A DNA stretch of 64,000 nt from Centroscyllium fabricii. Lineage: Eukaryota. Below, one piece after another: positions 39,870 to 50,195 of this stretch. The DNA is taken from positions 83,142,001-83,206,000 of the forward strand of contig JBNRSN020000001.1 of assembly GCA_051313645.2 (NCBI GenBank), in the 5' to 3' direction. Each line of letters opens with the position of its first letter. Position 1 is the stretch's first letter. Both the position numbers and the translations under genes were made by a program. Below the pieces are notes generated by a model. The model saw only the letters and a program-made list of their open reading frames with translations. It did not search any database and had not been told where the DNA came from.

Positions 39870-40259
39870 TAGAAACATAGAAACATAGAAACTAGGAGCA
39901 GGAGTCGGCCATTCGGCCCTTCGAGCCTGCTCCGCCATTCAATGAGATCATGGCTGATCATCCAAACCCAGTACCCCGCCCCTGCCCTCTCCCCATATCC
40001 CTCGATCCCTATCGAGCCTGCATCGACACATATCCCACCCTATCCCCGTAACCCCACATATTCAATCCCCCTAACACGAAGGGTCAATTTATCATGGCCA
40101 ATCAACCTAACCTGCACATCTTTGGACTGTGGGAGGAAACCGGAGCACCCGGAGGAAACCCACGCAGACACGGGGAGAATGTGCAAACTCCACACAGATA
40201 GTACCCGAGGCTGGATTTGAACCCGGGTCTCCAGTGCTGTGAGACAATAGTGCTAACCG
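39870..40259 (-). mobile_element. HE1/V-SINE-like element with CR1-derived tail
   Basis: V-domain-like gggaggaaaccggagcacccggaggaaacccacgcagacacggggagaa. The (tagaaaca)n tail and adjacent sequence match the CR1 3' end at 52505-52598. Confidence 0.85.
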
Positions 40260-40371
40260 ATTGTGTTGGGGAGAGACAGATTCTGTAGGTGAGAGAGATC
40301 CTGTACTGAATGGGAGCGATGTGAAAGTGAGAAACAGCCCCAGGGTGTGTGAGGTAGTGTTTCAGAATGTA

Positions 40372-40472
40372 AAAAAAGACTTACATTTATATAGCGCCTT
40401 TAACACCCACCAGATGTCTCAAAGCGCGCTTTACAGATAATTAAGTACTTTCTGGAGTGTAGTCACTGTTGT
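40372..40472 (-). mobile_element. DeuSINE/SacSINE1-like 3' tail
   Basis: Similar to 28995-29105. Confidence 0.6.
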
Positions 40473-40704
40473 TCCCCAGGGCTGTCAGTCTCCTGAACTC
40501 TAACAAAAAACTCCAGTACCTGCACACCTGAAAATGTACTTTACTGTATGCAATTGTATGTAAATTATTTGCACTACTCTCGGGAGCGGCGAGTCTTCAT
40601 CTCGTATTGTACTAGTACTCTGCAATGACAATAAAACTTGAATTGAATTGAACTGAATTGTAATGTGGGAAGTGCTGTAATATATCAAAATATGCGTGAG
40701 GAAC

Positions 40705-41111
40705 GGGGGCAATTTTAACCCAGCCCGTCCATTGGGAAACTCATGAGATCGTGTGCAATGCTTGTTTTACACACAGCCCGATATTATTCTCCACTGAAGT
40801 CTATAGGCATGATGCGGAGGTGCCGGTGTTGGACTGGAGTGGACAATTGTAAGAAGTCACACAACACCAGGTTATAGTCCAACAGTTTTATTTGAAATCA
40901 CAAGCTTTCGGAGCGCTGCTCCTTCCTCAGGTCACTTCACCTGAGGAAGGAGCAGCGCTCCGAAAGCTTGTGATTTCAAATAAAACTGTTGGACTATAAC
41001 CTGGTGTTGTGTGACTTCTTACAGAAGTCTATAGGAAGTAAGGTTGGTAAAATCCCCATTGCACCCGATCACGTCAGTCTTCCGTCTGCCAGCTTGGTTA
41101 AAATTGCCCCC
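40705..41111. mobile_element. MITE-like palindromic DNA element interrupted by Penelope-like copy I
   Basis: TIR gggggcaattttaacc / ggttaaaattgccccc, with further internal inverted similarity (gatcgtgtgcaatg / cattgcacccgatc). Confidence 0.65.
40808..41023. mobile_element. Penelope-like fold-back (copy I) with hammerhead cores on both strands
   Basis: About 85-bp perfect inverted arms around a short cacttc spacer. TSD gaagtctatagg (40796-40807 and 41024-41035). Confidence 0.9.
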
Positions 41112-41149
41112 CGGAAGAGACTCAAAAGAGTCATCGATTTTCTGTGATT

Positions 41150-41560
41150 CAGTGAGTCTCTTTAAGCTTGAAAAGAGAAGGCTGAGGGGTGACCTAATAG
41201 AAGTCTTTAAAATTTTGGAAGGTTTTGATAGAGTGGATACAGAGAGAATGTTTCCACTTGTGGGGAAGAGCAAAACTAGAGGCCATCGATATAAGATAGT
41301 CACCAAGAAATCCAATAGGGAATTCAGGAGAAACTTCTTTACCCAGAGAGTGGTGAGAATGTGGAACTCGCTCCCACAGGGAGTGGTTGAGGCGAAGAGC
41401 AGAGATACATTTAAGGGGAAGCTGGACAAACATATGAGGGAGAAAGGAATAGAAGGAGATGGTGATGGGGTGAGATGAAGAGGGGTGGGAGGAGGCTCGA
41501 GTGGAGCATAAACGCCGGCACGGACTGGTTGGGCTGAATGGCCTGTTCCTGTGCCGTATA
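41150..41560 (+). mobile_element. CR1 LINE 3' end
   Basis: LEKRRLRGDLIEVFKI...TRGHRYK...RRNFFTQRVVRMWNSLP, followed by the 3' UTR gggctgaatggcctgttcctgtg. Confidence 0.9.
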
Positions 41561-41564
41561 TCTG

Positions 41565-42240
41565 GTGAGTTTGTCGCTGGGTAGCTGGGTGGTACAGTCT
41601 AGGAAGATCCCAATCTGGGCCGAGTTAGATGCTGTGAGCTGTGTGGTGTTCGGAGTGATGTAATGGGCCTCCACACTTTGCATTGAGGAGGGGAACCTCC
41701 CCCAGGGTTCCTAAACCTGACTGCGACTCATTAATTGGAGGTGTAAGTGCATCTTTGGTGAGGGCAGGACAGGCTGCCAACACTCGTACACAAATATTGC
41801 CCCCTTGGGTGAGCCGCTGGAGGGTGACTGGTGGTGCCTACAAACTGCACCCAAGAAAAGGCTCATGCCCGCAGAGGAGAAGTGGGCAGGAGAAAATTGG
41901 TGGGGTAAATTAGACGGGAATATCAGTTTGTGTTATAAAATAAAGAGAGTAAGGAATCTATGGGAAGACAAGTGAGGAGATAGACACAAAGGTTCTCCAG
42001 TGGTTGAATGTATCATGTAATGTGGCACAGAGCCCATATGGACCAGGAACACCCCAAACTCCAATCTCAGATGTAGACAGTGGGGAGAGAGGGTGAGTTT
42101 ACAACTGGTCTCATTGTTCTTGGGCCCAGAGAGAGAAAAATCCTTCAAAGGTTCCCAGTACTGGAAAATATTCATGTGTGGATGTCAGACGGGCTTAGAT
42201 GTGATGTTCTCCATGGTTTAAAAACCATACTCATGTCCCC
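41565..42240 (+). repeat. Two diverged copies of a probable old SINE-like repeat
   Basis: Shared order of weak motifs (ggcacaga/ggtacagt-caggaa, ggttcc, gtgcat/catgtgtgga, ggacaggct/gacgggct) in 41565-41800 and 41990-42230. Confidence 0.3.
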
Positions 42241-42890
42241 AAATTCCTGGGCCTTGGGCAGCAAGCACAACATATAGAGGGTGGCGATCCAGAATTAGAG
42301 TAGGTATTCTGTTGAGCCAGGTCTCTGCCAGAAGGCGAAATTCTCATTGGGGGGTGGGGGAGCACAGTCATCTTTTGCATCTGCCCCTTGCCATCTTAAG
42401 GTGACTAAAGAGACAGGACTGTTGGGATGACATTTGCCCCTGTACCAGAATCCTTGCCAGTTCCACCTCTTTTCTGCCCACTGGAAAGTATGCCTGCCTG
42501 ATGCGGGCATGCCTACTATACAAAATAGGAAGTGAGGGCCCAATGATGGTTTCCTAATGGCAACAAAGATATTGGGAACATTAAAAACAATTACATCTTC
42601 TGCTGAATGGCCAAAATTCCCTCCCCGCACCACCCCCCACCCCCAGTGGAGTGGCAAGGGGCCTCTCACATGTTCTCGGTCCCCAGTTGGATGGAGGCCT
42701 CGGGGAGTGTTTTAACTACATGGGTGCTTGCCTTCTTTATGTAAATATCCCCAGCCCAGGGAATTGTGATAGAGTCAATGCCAGGCCTGACTAGTGGCAG
42801 GAAGTCCATGCCAATCACCTATCTATGTAGCCAAATCACCCCTTAATGGCATGTATCATTCTCTTTCCCTTGTCTCTGCTGTTGTACCCA

Positions 42891-43805
42891 GTGACAGCTG
42901 AGGCTCAGTAGGTAGCACTCCCACCTCGGAGTCAGAGGCTTGTGAGTTCACAGTCCCCATTCCAGAGACTTGAGAACAAAATCCAGGCTGACACTTCCAG
43001 TGCAGTACGCTCGATCAGCTCCGATGGACGGGTCACATTGTCCGTATGCCCGATGTGAGACTCCCAAAACAAGCGCTCTACTCCGAGCTCCGGCACGGCA
43101 AGAGAGCCCCAGGTGGGCAGAGGAAACACTTCAAGGACACCCTCAAAAAGCCTCCTTGAAAAAGTGTAACATCCCCATCGACACCTGGGAATCCCTGGCC
43201 CAAGACCGCACAAAGCAGAGGAGAAGCATCCGGGATGGTGCCGAACACCTCGAATCTCTTCGCCAGGAATAAGCAGAAGCCAAGCGCAAACAGCGCAAGC
43301 ACCCCACCTACCCGCCCCTTCAACCACCATCTGTCCCACCTGTGACAGAGACTGTCCCGCATTGGACTCATCAGTCACATGAGAACTCATTTTTAATGTG
43401 GAAGCAAATCATCCTCGATTCTGAGGGACTGCCTAAGAAGAAGAAGAAAGAGTATTGAGGGAGCGCTGCACTGTCGGAGGTGCCGTCTTTCAGATGAGAC
43501 GTTAAACCGAGGCCCTGTCTGCTCTCTCAGGTGGCCATAAAGATCCCCAGGCACTATTTCAAAGAAGAGCAGGGGAGTTCTCCCCAGTGTCCTGGCCAAT
43601 GTTTATACCATCAACCAACATCGCTAAAAACAGATTATTTGTTCATTATCACATTGCTGTTTGTAGGAGCTTGCTGTGCGCAAATTGGCTGCCACTGTTG
43701 TACATTACAACAGTGACCACACACTTAGAAATACTTCACTGACTGTAAAACACTTTGCGACGTCCTGACGCTGTGAAAGGCCTTATATCAATACAAGCCT
43801 TTCTA
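42891..43805 (+). mobile_element. DeuSINE/SacSINE1-like SINE, near full length, interrupted by an RTE fragment
   Basis: tRNA-like head ggctcagtaggtagcactc...gagttcacagtcc; core gcactgtcggaggtgccgtctttcagatgagacgttaaaccgaggccc; L2-like tail. Confidence 0.8.
43009..43450 (+). mobile_element. RTE-clade LINE 3' fragment
   Basis: QLRWTGHIVRMPD..LPKQALYSEL...ASLKKCNIPIDTWESLAQDR, with an (AAG)n tail and short TSD agta. Confidence 0.85.
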
Positions 43806-44079
43806 TGTTTCTATTATTTGACTAAATTTTATACATCATACTATAAGAGCGAACATAGAGTAACATCATAAAAGTTATAACTTAAAAAATAAAGCAAAAT
43901 GCTCACATCGCATGATTTTTTTAATGCTACGATGACTTCTGTAAAACCTTCTTATTCTAGAAACTTGAGAATCAGAAATGCCGTGCTTCTGTGTGACTTG
44001 GCTTTGAATCCTCAATTCCTTCAAACTGTTCAAAATAGCCACTTACTCGAGCTGAGACACGTCATGGCGCTTTTAGGAA

Positions 44080-44462
44080 AATAGGAACAGGACGAGACCA
44101 TTCAGCCCCTCCAGCCTGTTCTGCCATTCAATTAGATCCCACCGGATCTGTATCTCAACTCCATCTTGGTTCCGTAACCCTCAGCACCTTTACCCAACAA
44201 AAACCTATCAACCTCAGTTTTGACATTTTCAATTGACCCCCGGCCTCAACAGCTTTTTGGGGGAGAGAGTTCCAGATTTCCACCCCCCTTTGTGTGAGGA
44301 AGTGCTTCCTGACATCACCCCTGAACGGCCTGGCTCTGATTTGAAGGTTCTGCCCCCTTGTTCTGGACTCCCCCCACCAGAGGGAATAGTTTCTCTCTCG
44401 ACCCCATCAACTCCTTTAATCATTTTAAACACCTCGATTAGATCACCCCTTAATCTTCTACA
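44080..44462 (-). mobile_element. CR1 LINE 3' end
   Basis: RRLRGDLIEVFKMIKGVD on the minus strand, plus a CR1-type 3' UTR. Confidence 0.85.
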
Positions 44463-45972
44463 CTGGAGGGAATTTCTGCACGTCACACTTGCATATAAAC
44501 GGGAATTGCAATAAATCAAATTACAATAAGACAAACCTTCCCCAATTGGAAGTACAGTCCCCACCACTTGACATCCACATTTAAAACGGGCAGTATCTTA
44601 TATCAGCCTAAACCTGATAACCAATATCCATTTACATTAATGTCAATTTCAAAGTTGCTGGTTATAACGTCTTAAGCGCTCTGTTTACTTTGGGAAGAAA
44701 CAGCTTTGTTTACGCACTAGTTCACACCTCATTGGGGTGCACTGAATGTAATAAAAGAGCCCGGTTCCATTCTTATCTATCCAGTCGTAGCATGAGAATC
44801 ACCTGCAACGGCCTCTCTTCTCGCTCCCACATCGTTACCTCTGGTGTCCCCCAGGGATCGATCCTTGACCCCCTCCTATTTCTCATCTCCAAGCTGCTTC
44901 TTGGTGACATCATCCGAAAACACAGCATCAGTTGCCAAATATATGCTGATGGCAGCTCACCACCAATTCAATTCAATTCAAAATTGCTTTATTGGCATGG
45001 CAAGACACATCTTATGTTGCCAAAGCACAGAAAAAGAACATATACAATTGAACACACAAATGCAGATCTAGACATACAGTGTATAGACAAATATACCCAT
45101 GTATACATACATATACACACATATAATCTTTTAGATTCAATGGTCACTGGTTGTCCCTCTACTTATGGCAAGCTGTAACGTAGTTTGCCGCTAATGTTAC
45201 ACAATTCCTCTGTTCCCCCAATAAATATGGGAGTTTTTGGTGGTCATTCAGATTTTTGAATAAAGGGCATGTTTTTATGAATTTTGGGTAGAAATTCCCC
45301 TTATGTCCTGATAGTTTTCACAAGTTGTGAGGAAGTGCAGCTCTGTCTCCACCACTCCCTGACTGCAGTGAGAGCATCACCTGTCCTCTCTGGGCAGCCA
45401 GTTCTGCCCGTGTCTGCCTTTTTCGATGGCTAGGCTGTGCTCGCTAAGTCTGTACATTGTCAGGGTTTTTCTCAGTTTGCTATCTTTCACCATGGTCAGG
45501 TAATCAGCCATGGTGTACGGTATGCTTATGGCCCTGTCACACCTAGACGTTTTAGCCAGCCTATGCAAATGAGGCTAAAACGCTGAACTTTCGACACTTT
45601 TTTCAATTTTTGGTGTATAGTAGCGTATTCATAGCGTATTGGACGTATGCATAAACGTATTAGTAACGTACACAGAACGTTTCGCTATCTTTATTGCAAA
45701 TTGTACCAACGAGTTCTTAACGTGTTGTCGGCGTTCACAACATATGCCTAACGATAGTCTAACGTATTGGACGTATGCATAACGTATGCATAGCGTGCGG
45801 CAGCCTATCGCCGACGATCAGGTGGGGTAGCCTATTCAAAGGCTGTCATTGGACGATTCAAATCATACCACTAGACTTTTAAGTGCAGCTCAGCTCCACC
45901 CACCCAAACTGATTCCAGTTCTACATGAAAATCTGCTTTGACAAGTCTGTTCTTTTGCCAAGTCTCTACAAC

Positions 45973-46512
45973 ATGCCTAGGAAAAGTTCCAAGAATGCTG
46001 CCAGGAAGTCTCGTGGCCGTGGCCGTGGGCGTGGATGCATGGAGGATCCATCACCCACACCCTTCCCATCACGCTCACCCTCTGACGGAGAGGATGCTGC
46101 TTCCAACGCCTCTCGGACATCGTCTGTGGCTGCGTCCGTGGCCTCCACCTCCTCTCAGCCAACCGTTGCGAAGAAGAGGGCCAAGAAGACACAGTTTTGT
46201 CTTGCTGTTGAAGAGGAGCAGCAGATGTGCGATTTCCTTTCAGATAACGCCATCCTCTGGGACATTAAAAAGACAGACTATCGGAGGGTGGACAAGAAGG
46301 GAAAGCTCTGGGAGGATCAGGCAAAGGACATGGGGAAGACTGTGGAGCACCTTCAAGGGTGGTTCAAGTCCCTGCGAGACACCCACACCCGTCTCCACAA
46401 GAAGAAAAGCGGTGATGGCGCCCAGGAACTGACAGAGAGGGAGCAGTGGGTGAAGGCAAAGTTCGGCTTCCTCACGACTGTGGTCCGCCATCGTCCTGAG
46501 CCCGTCCACAGT
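45973..46512 (+). CDS. Transposon MADF (Myb/SANT-like) DNA-binding protein, exon 1
   Basis: Basic NLS-like start MPRKSSKNAARKSRGRGRGRG. MADF pattern DFLSDNAILWDIKKTDYRRVDKKGKLWEDQA...WFKSLRDTH...W..KFGFL. Phase-0 donor AGT|gtaagt. Confidence 0.8.
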
Positions 46513-46624
46513 GTAAGTATAAACACATATTAATATCCATAATAATATTTATTTATATTAGTTTTACTGTACTTTGCCTCGTATTTTTGCTTTGTATTTT
46601 ACTAATCATTTGTCATAATTGCAG

Positions 46625-47365
46625 GTAAAGGAAACCATTGCAGCACACAGCGGGGACCTCGAGGCTGGCGAGGCTGCCTGTGTAGAGCTGGTGTTGGACA
46701 GCACACCCTCCCCTGTCCCCAGGGGGAAGCGTGCCCAGGACGATGAGCAGCTGCAGTCAATCCATAAGAGGGTGCAGGAGACTGGGGAGATCCTCAAAAA
46801 TCTGGCACAGCCTCAGCCCATCACAACCACCTCAGCCTTCGCCAACTACGTGCGTGACACCCTGGTCAGCATGCCCAAAGACAAATTCCAGGAGGCAAGG
46901 TTGCGCATCAGCACCATCTTCACTGAGCTGCTGGTGGAGGTCACTGAGAAAGAAACCCCCATCTCCGTGCGATCAGCTTCAGCACCAGCTACCTACACCC
47001 CCACGGCGTCGCCGATGTTCCAGCAAGATACCCACAGGTGGAGACACACGGCACCAGCTGCGTCAGTCTGTGGACCGTACATGCACCAGCCACAGTACCA
47101 GCAGATGATGCCACAGTACCATATGATGCCTCCTGCCCCTCAGCATGTGTTCCAGTATCCTCCTCCTCCTCTGATGACGCAGCAGCCAAGCCTCGCCTCT
47201 TCATCTGCTGCTATAGGGTCGGCTGACCAGGTACTGAACAAGAGCCAAAGCACCTTGGACAATACTGAGTTGTTTAATATCTCAGGATTCAGCTTTTCCA
47301 GCGGTCCCAATGCTGCAAGCAGCCCATGTGGGGAGCTGAACACACTTCCACCATCAGAGGACTGA
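46625..47365 (+). CDS. Transposon MADF protein exon 2 (BESS-like helix, Q/P/M-rich tail); spliced product 426 aa
   Basis: 112-nt AT-rich intron with branch-like tactaat and ttgcag acceptor, in frame. FANYVRDTLVSMPKDKFQEARLRISTIFTE is BESS-like. AATAAA overlaps the stop codon. Confidence 0.72.
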   Translation, partial: VKETIAAHSGDLEAGEAACVELVLDSTPSPVPRGKRAQDDEQLQSIHKRVQETGEILKNLAQPQPITTTSAFANYVRDTLVSMPKDKFQEARLRISTIFTELLVEVTEKETPISVRSASAPATYTPTASPMFQQDTHRWRHTAPAASVCGPYMHQPQYQQMMPQYHMMPPAPQHVFQYPPPPLMTQQPSLASSSAAIGSADQVLNKSQSTLDNTELFNISGFSFSSGPNAASSPCGELNTLPPSED

Positions 47366-47475
47366 ATAAAAGGTGACATTGTTTTTGACATGTTTGTGCA
47401 ATTTTGTATATAGTTTTGATGTTTCAGAGAAGTTAAGATTGTTTTAGCCATTTTGTCTATACGTTTTTAGACCAT

Positions 47476-47637
47476 TGTTATCATGTTAAATTATTTAATA
47501 AAAGTTGAGCAAACTCTTGATGTTTGTTGATGTTATCATGTTAAATTATTTAATAAAAGTTGAGCAAACTCTTGATGTTTGTTGATGTTATCATGTTAAA
47601 TTATTTAATAAAAGTTGAGCAAACTCTTGATGTTTGT
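47476..47637. repeat. 3x 55-bp perfect tandem repeat, each unit containing AATAAA
   Basis: Unit tgttatcatgttaaattatttaataaaagttgagcaaactcttgatgtttgttga starts at 47476, 47531 and 47586. Confidence 0.95.
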
Positions 47638-49854
47638 ATTGTTTTAATATTTAAATCATAAACAATAATTAACAATAATAAATTCATACACTTTGGAAAA
47701 GGTACAATAATATAATGGAGAGAGAGAGAGAGGGTGAATGAGTGGGGGGAGACCGGGAGAGAGAGCGAGGGAGAGAGAGATAGTGGGGAGAGAGAGAGAG
47801 AGTGAGTGGGGAGAAAAGGCTTTTTAAGATGTTCCTCATGAGCTGTAAGTTAGAAACACGTTCAGTAAGTTCTGTGGTCGTCCGGAAGACGTCAAATACG
47901 TTGGAGATACGTTACACATAAGTTCAAAGCACGTTACGCATAGGTTGGACATAAGTTCCGGGAACGCTAGACAGTATCTCGACGTATTTTGACGTATGAC
48001 TAACGTGTGTCAACGATCGCCTAACGTGCCTACAACGTATGGCCAGCGTATGCGGAACGTATAAATTGTAACATTGATACGTCGTGATTTTTTGTGCATG
48101 CACAAAAAATCTCGACTTACTCGAAATTCAACGACGTATACAACGTATGTCCAGCGTATGCCAGCGTGCTCTTAACGTATGCATAACGTACCCATAACGT
48201 ATCCGACGTAAACCAGCGTATCAGCCAAATTTGCATACGCTGGCTAAATCGTCTAGGTGTGACAGGGCCTTCAGGGCCAAATAGCAATCGAGTTTGTTTT
48301 GGGTTTTTGTTGTTTCTGTCCAATACGTCAAATATTTTTCTTTTTGTTTAGTAATAATTGTGTTGGGTCGAATTCTGTGTGCTAGGATGTCACTGTCCTG
48401 GGGCTGGTTGTTACCAATAGTGTTAGTAGTTACTTCACTGGGTCCCAAGACCAGTTGACTGAGGGGACTTTTCTTTATGTTCACCTCTTGGCATTTCAGG
48501 GCTTTGTAGTGATAGCTGTGGGGGTTGCTCAGTTTTAGATGTTTCCAAAATTTGATGGCTCTTTTTTGGATATCAATTAATAGTGGATATTGGTCTAACT
48601 CTGCCCTGCATGCATTGCTTGTGGTTTTCCTCTGAGTCTGGAGGATACTTTTACAGAATTCAGCATGTAGGGTCTCAATTGGGTGTTTGTCCCATTTTGC
48701 AAATTCGTGTTGTGTTAGCAGACCCCACACCTCACTGCCATAAAGCGCGATTGGTTCAATTACTGATTTAAACATTTTGAGCCAAATGCCAATTGGAATT
48801 TCTGCAGCTCTCTTGACCCCCCCACCCAGTGTCTCTGAATTGTCACGCTGCTTGTCTGATATCCAATACTGGATGAGCAGCAATTTCCTCCAATTAAATA
48901 TAGGGAAGAGCAATAACAGCGGTCCCCGCCTCAAACTTTGTTTCCTAGCCACTGACTCCATCTGTTTGATGCTGAACCAGACTGTTCTCAACCTTGGTGC
49001 CATAGAATTACATAGAATATACAGCACAGAAACAGGCCATTCAGACCAACTAGTCTGTGCTGGTTTTCATACTCCAATTCCCTCTATCTCATCTCAGCCT
49101 TTTAGCATATTTTCTTTTCCTTTTTAACTCATGTATTCGTCTAGTTTCCTTTTGAAATCATCTAAACTGTTTGCTTCAACCACTTCCTGTAGTTGCGACT
49201 TCCACATTCTAACCACATTTTGAGTAAAGACATTTCTCGTTATTTCCTTATTGGATTTATTAGTAAATATCTTGTATTTATGACCCCTAGTTTTGGATTC
49301 TCCTACAAGTGGAAACATTCTCTTCACAAATACCCTGTCCAACCCATTCATAATTTTAAAGAACTCTATCAGGTCATCTCGAAGTTTTCTCTTTTCTAAA
49401 GAAAAAAGCCACAACCTCTTCAATCTTTCTCGATAGCTGTAATCGCTCATATCTGGTATCATCCTTGTAAATCATTTTTGCACATTCTCCAGTGCTTCTA
49501 TGTCCTTTTTGTTGTATGGAGACCAGAACTGTGCACAGTACTCAAGTGCAGCCTGACCAGGGCCCGACACAAGTTTAACATAACTTCACTACTTTTGAAT
49601 TCTATACCCCGAGAAATGAATCTCACTGCTTCGTTAGCATTTTTAATTGCTTTGCTGACCTGCAATGCTGCTTTTGATGATTTGTTCACCTGTATCCCTG
49701 GATCCCTTTGCTGTTCTATCCCATTTGGTTTCTTATTTTCCAAGGTGTAGGTGATGTTTCTATTTTTCCTACCAAAGTGCATTATTTCACATTTATTTAT
49801 GCTAAACTCCATTTGATACTTGTGCCTAGTTGGCAAGTTTTCTAATCTCTTCTT

Positions 49855-50132
49855 GGGACTAGGGACAGGGTCACTGGCTAAGGCTTGGAAGCTAAGCACG
49901 GCCAGGCCTGGTTAGTACTTGGATGGGGGAATACCAGGTGCAGAAGGTCACAAAAGGAGCCCCGGGGAGGGGCGGGCGGTTGGCTGAAGATTGTTGGAAT
50001 GATGGAAAGATGGAATGGCGGTGCGCACAGACGCAGCAGCTTTGCTGGACTCTTGGGAGCTTGCAAGATCACATTTCGTTGTTCATGTACTTGTACATTG
50101 TATAATGACAATAAAGTTGAATTATTATTATG
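49855..50132 (+). mobile_element. 5S rRNA-derived SINE (SINE3-like)
   Basis: 49884-49947 ggaagctaagcacggccaggcctggttagtacttggatggg|ggaataccaggtgc matches the 5S internal control region. Unique body, then a LINE-like tail ...tgacaataaagttgaa(tta)n. Confidence 0.7.
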
Positions 50133-50195
50133 TTGCATTCTTCCTCAGTGTTAGCTCTACCCCCCAGTTTGGTATCATCTGCAAATTTTACTTGT

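Larger units (their letters stand above)
45529..48270 (+). mobile_element. PIF/Harbinger-type DNA transposon, non-autonomous, 2742 bp
   Basis: TIR of about 40 bp, ggccctgtcacacctagacg.tttagccagc.tatgcaaat, at both ends. 3-bp TSD TTA/TCA, and removal restores the host LINE frame. Encodes a MADF protein; no DDE transposase. Confidence 0.85.
44964..48804 (-). mobile_element. RTEX-like non-LTR retrotransposon 3' portion, split by the Harbinger element
   Basis: IWLKMFKSVIEPIALYGSEVWG...ACRAELDQYPL...LDCYLAL joins SIPYTMADYL...YRLSEHSLAIEKGRH across the insertion. (TTGAA)n tail after AATAAA at about 44964-44995. Confidence 0.8.
44745..49000 (+). mobile_element. Old L2 LINE RT fragment split into 44745-44963 and about 48805-49000 by nested insertions
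   Basis: [16 protein letters not shown]...QIYAD resumes as LSRCLSDIQYWMSSNFLQLNIGK after the insert. Confidence 0.75.

Noticed and set aside
39870-39960. SINE tail identical to the CR1 3' end as a novelty
   Set aside because: SINE-LINE tail sharing is established for elasmobranch HE1 and its CR1-type partner.
40808-41023. Fold-back copies as pre-miRNA genes or MITEs
   Set aside because: Multi-copy with variable turn-back points, variable TSD lengths and asymmetric tails, which fits Penelope-like retrotransposition. Incidental small-RNA production is not excluded.
47476-47637. CRISPR-like array
   Set aside because: Head-to-tail identical units with no spacers, in a eukaryotic context with no cas genes. 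The same applies to 60478-60635.
49884-49947. Functional 5S rRNA gene
   Set aside because: The 5' third is missing, there is an internal deletion in the C box, there is no T-run terminator, and it is fused to a retroposon tail.
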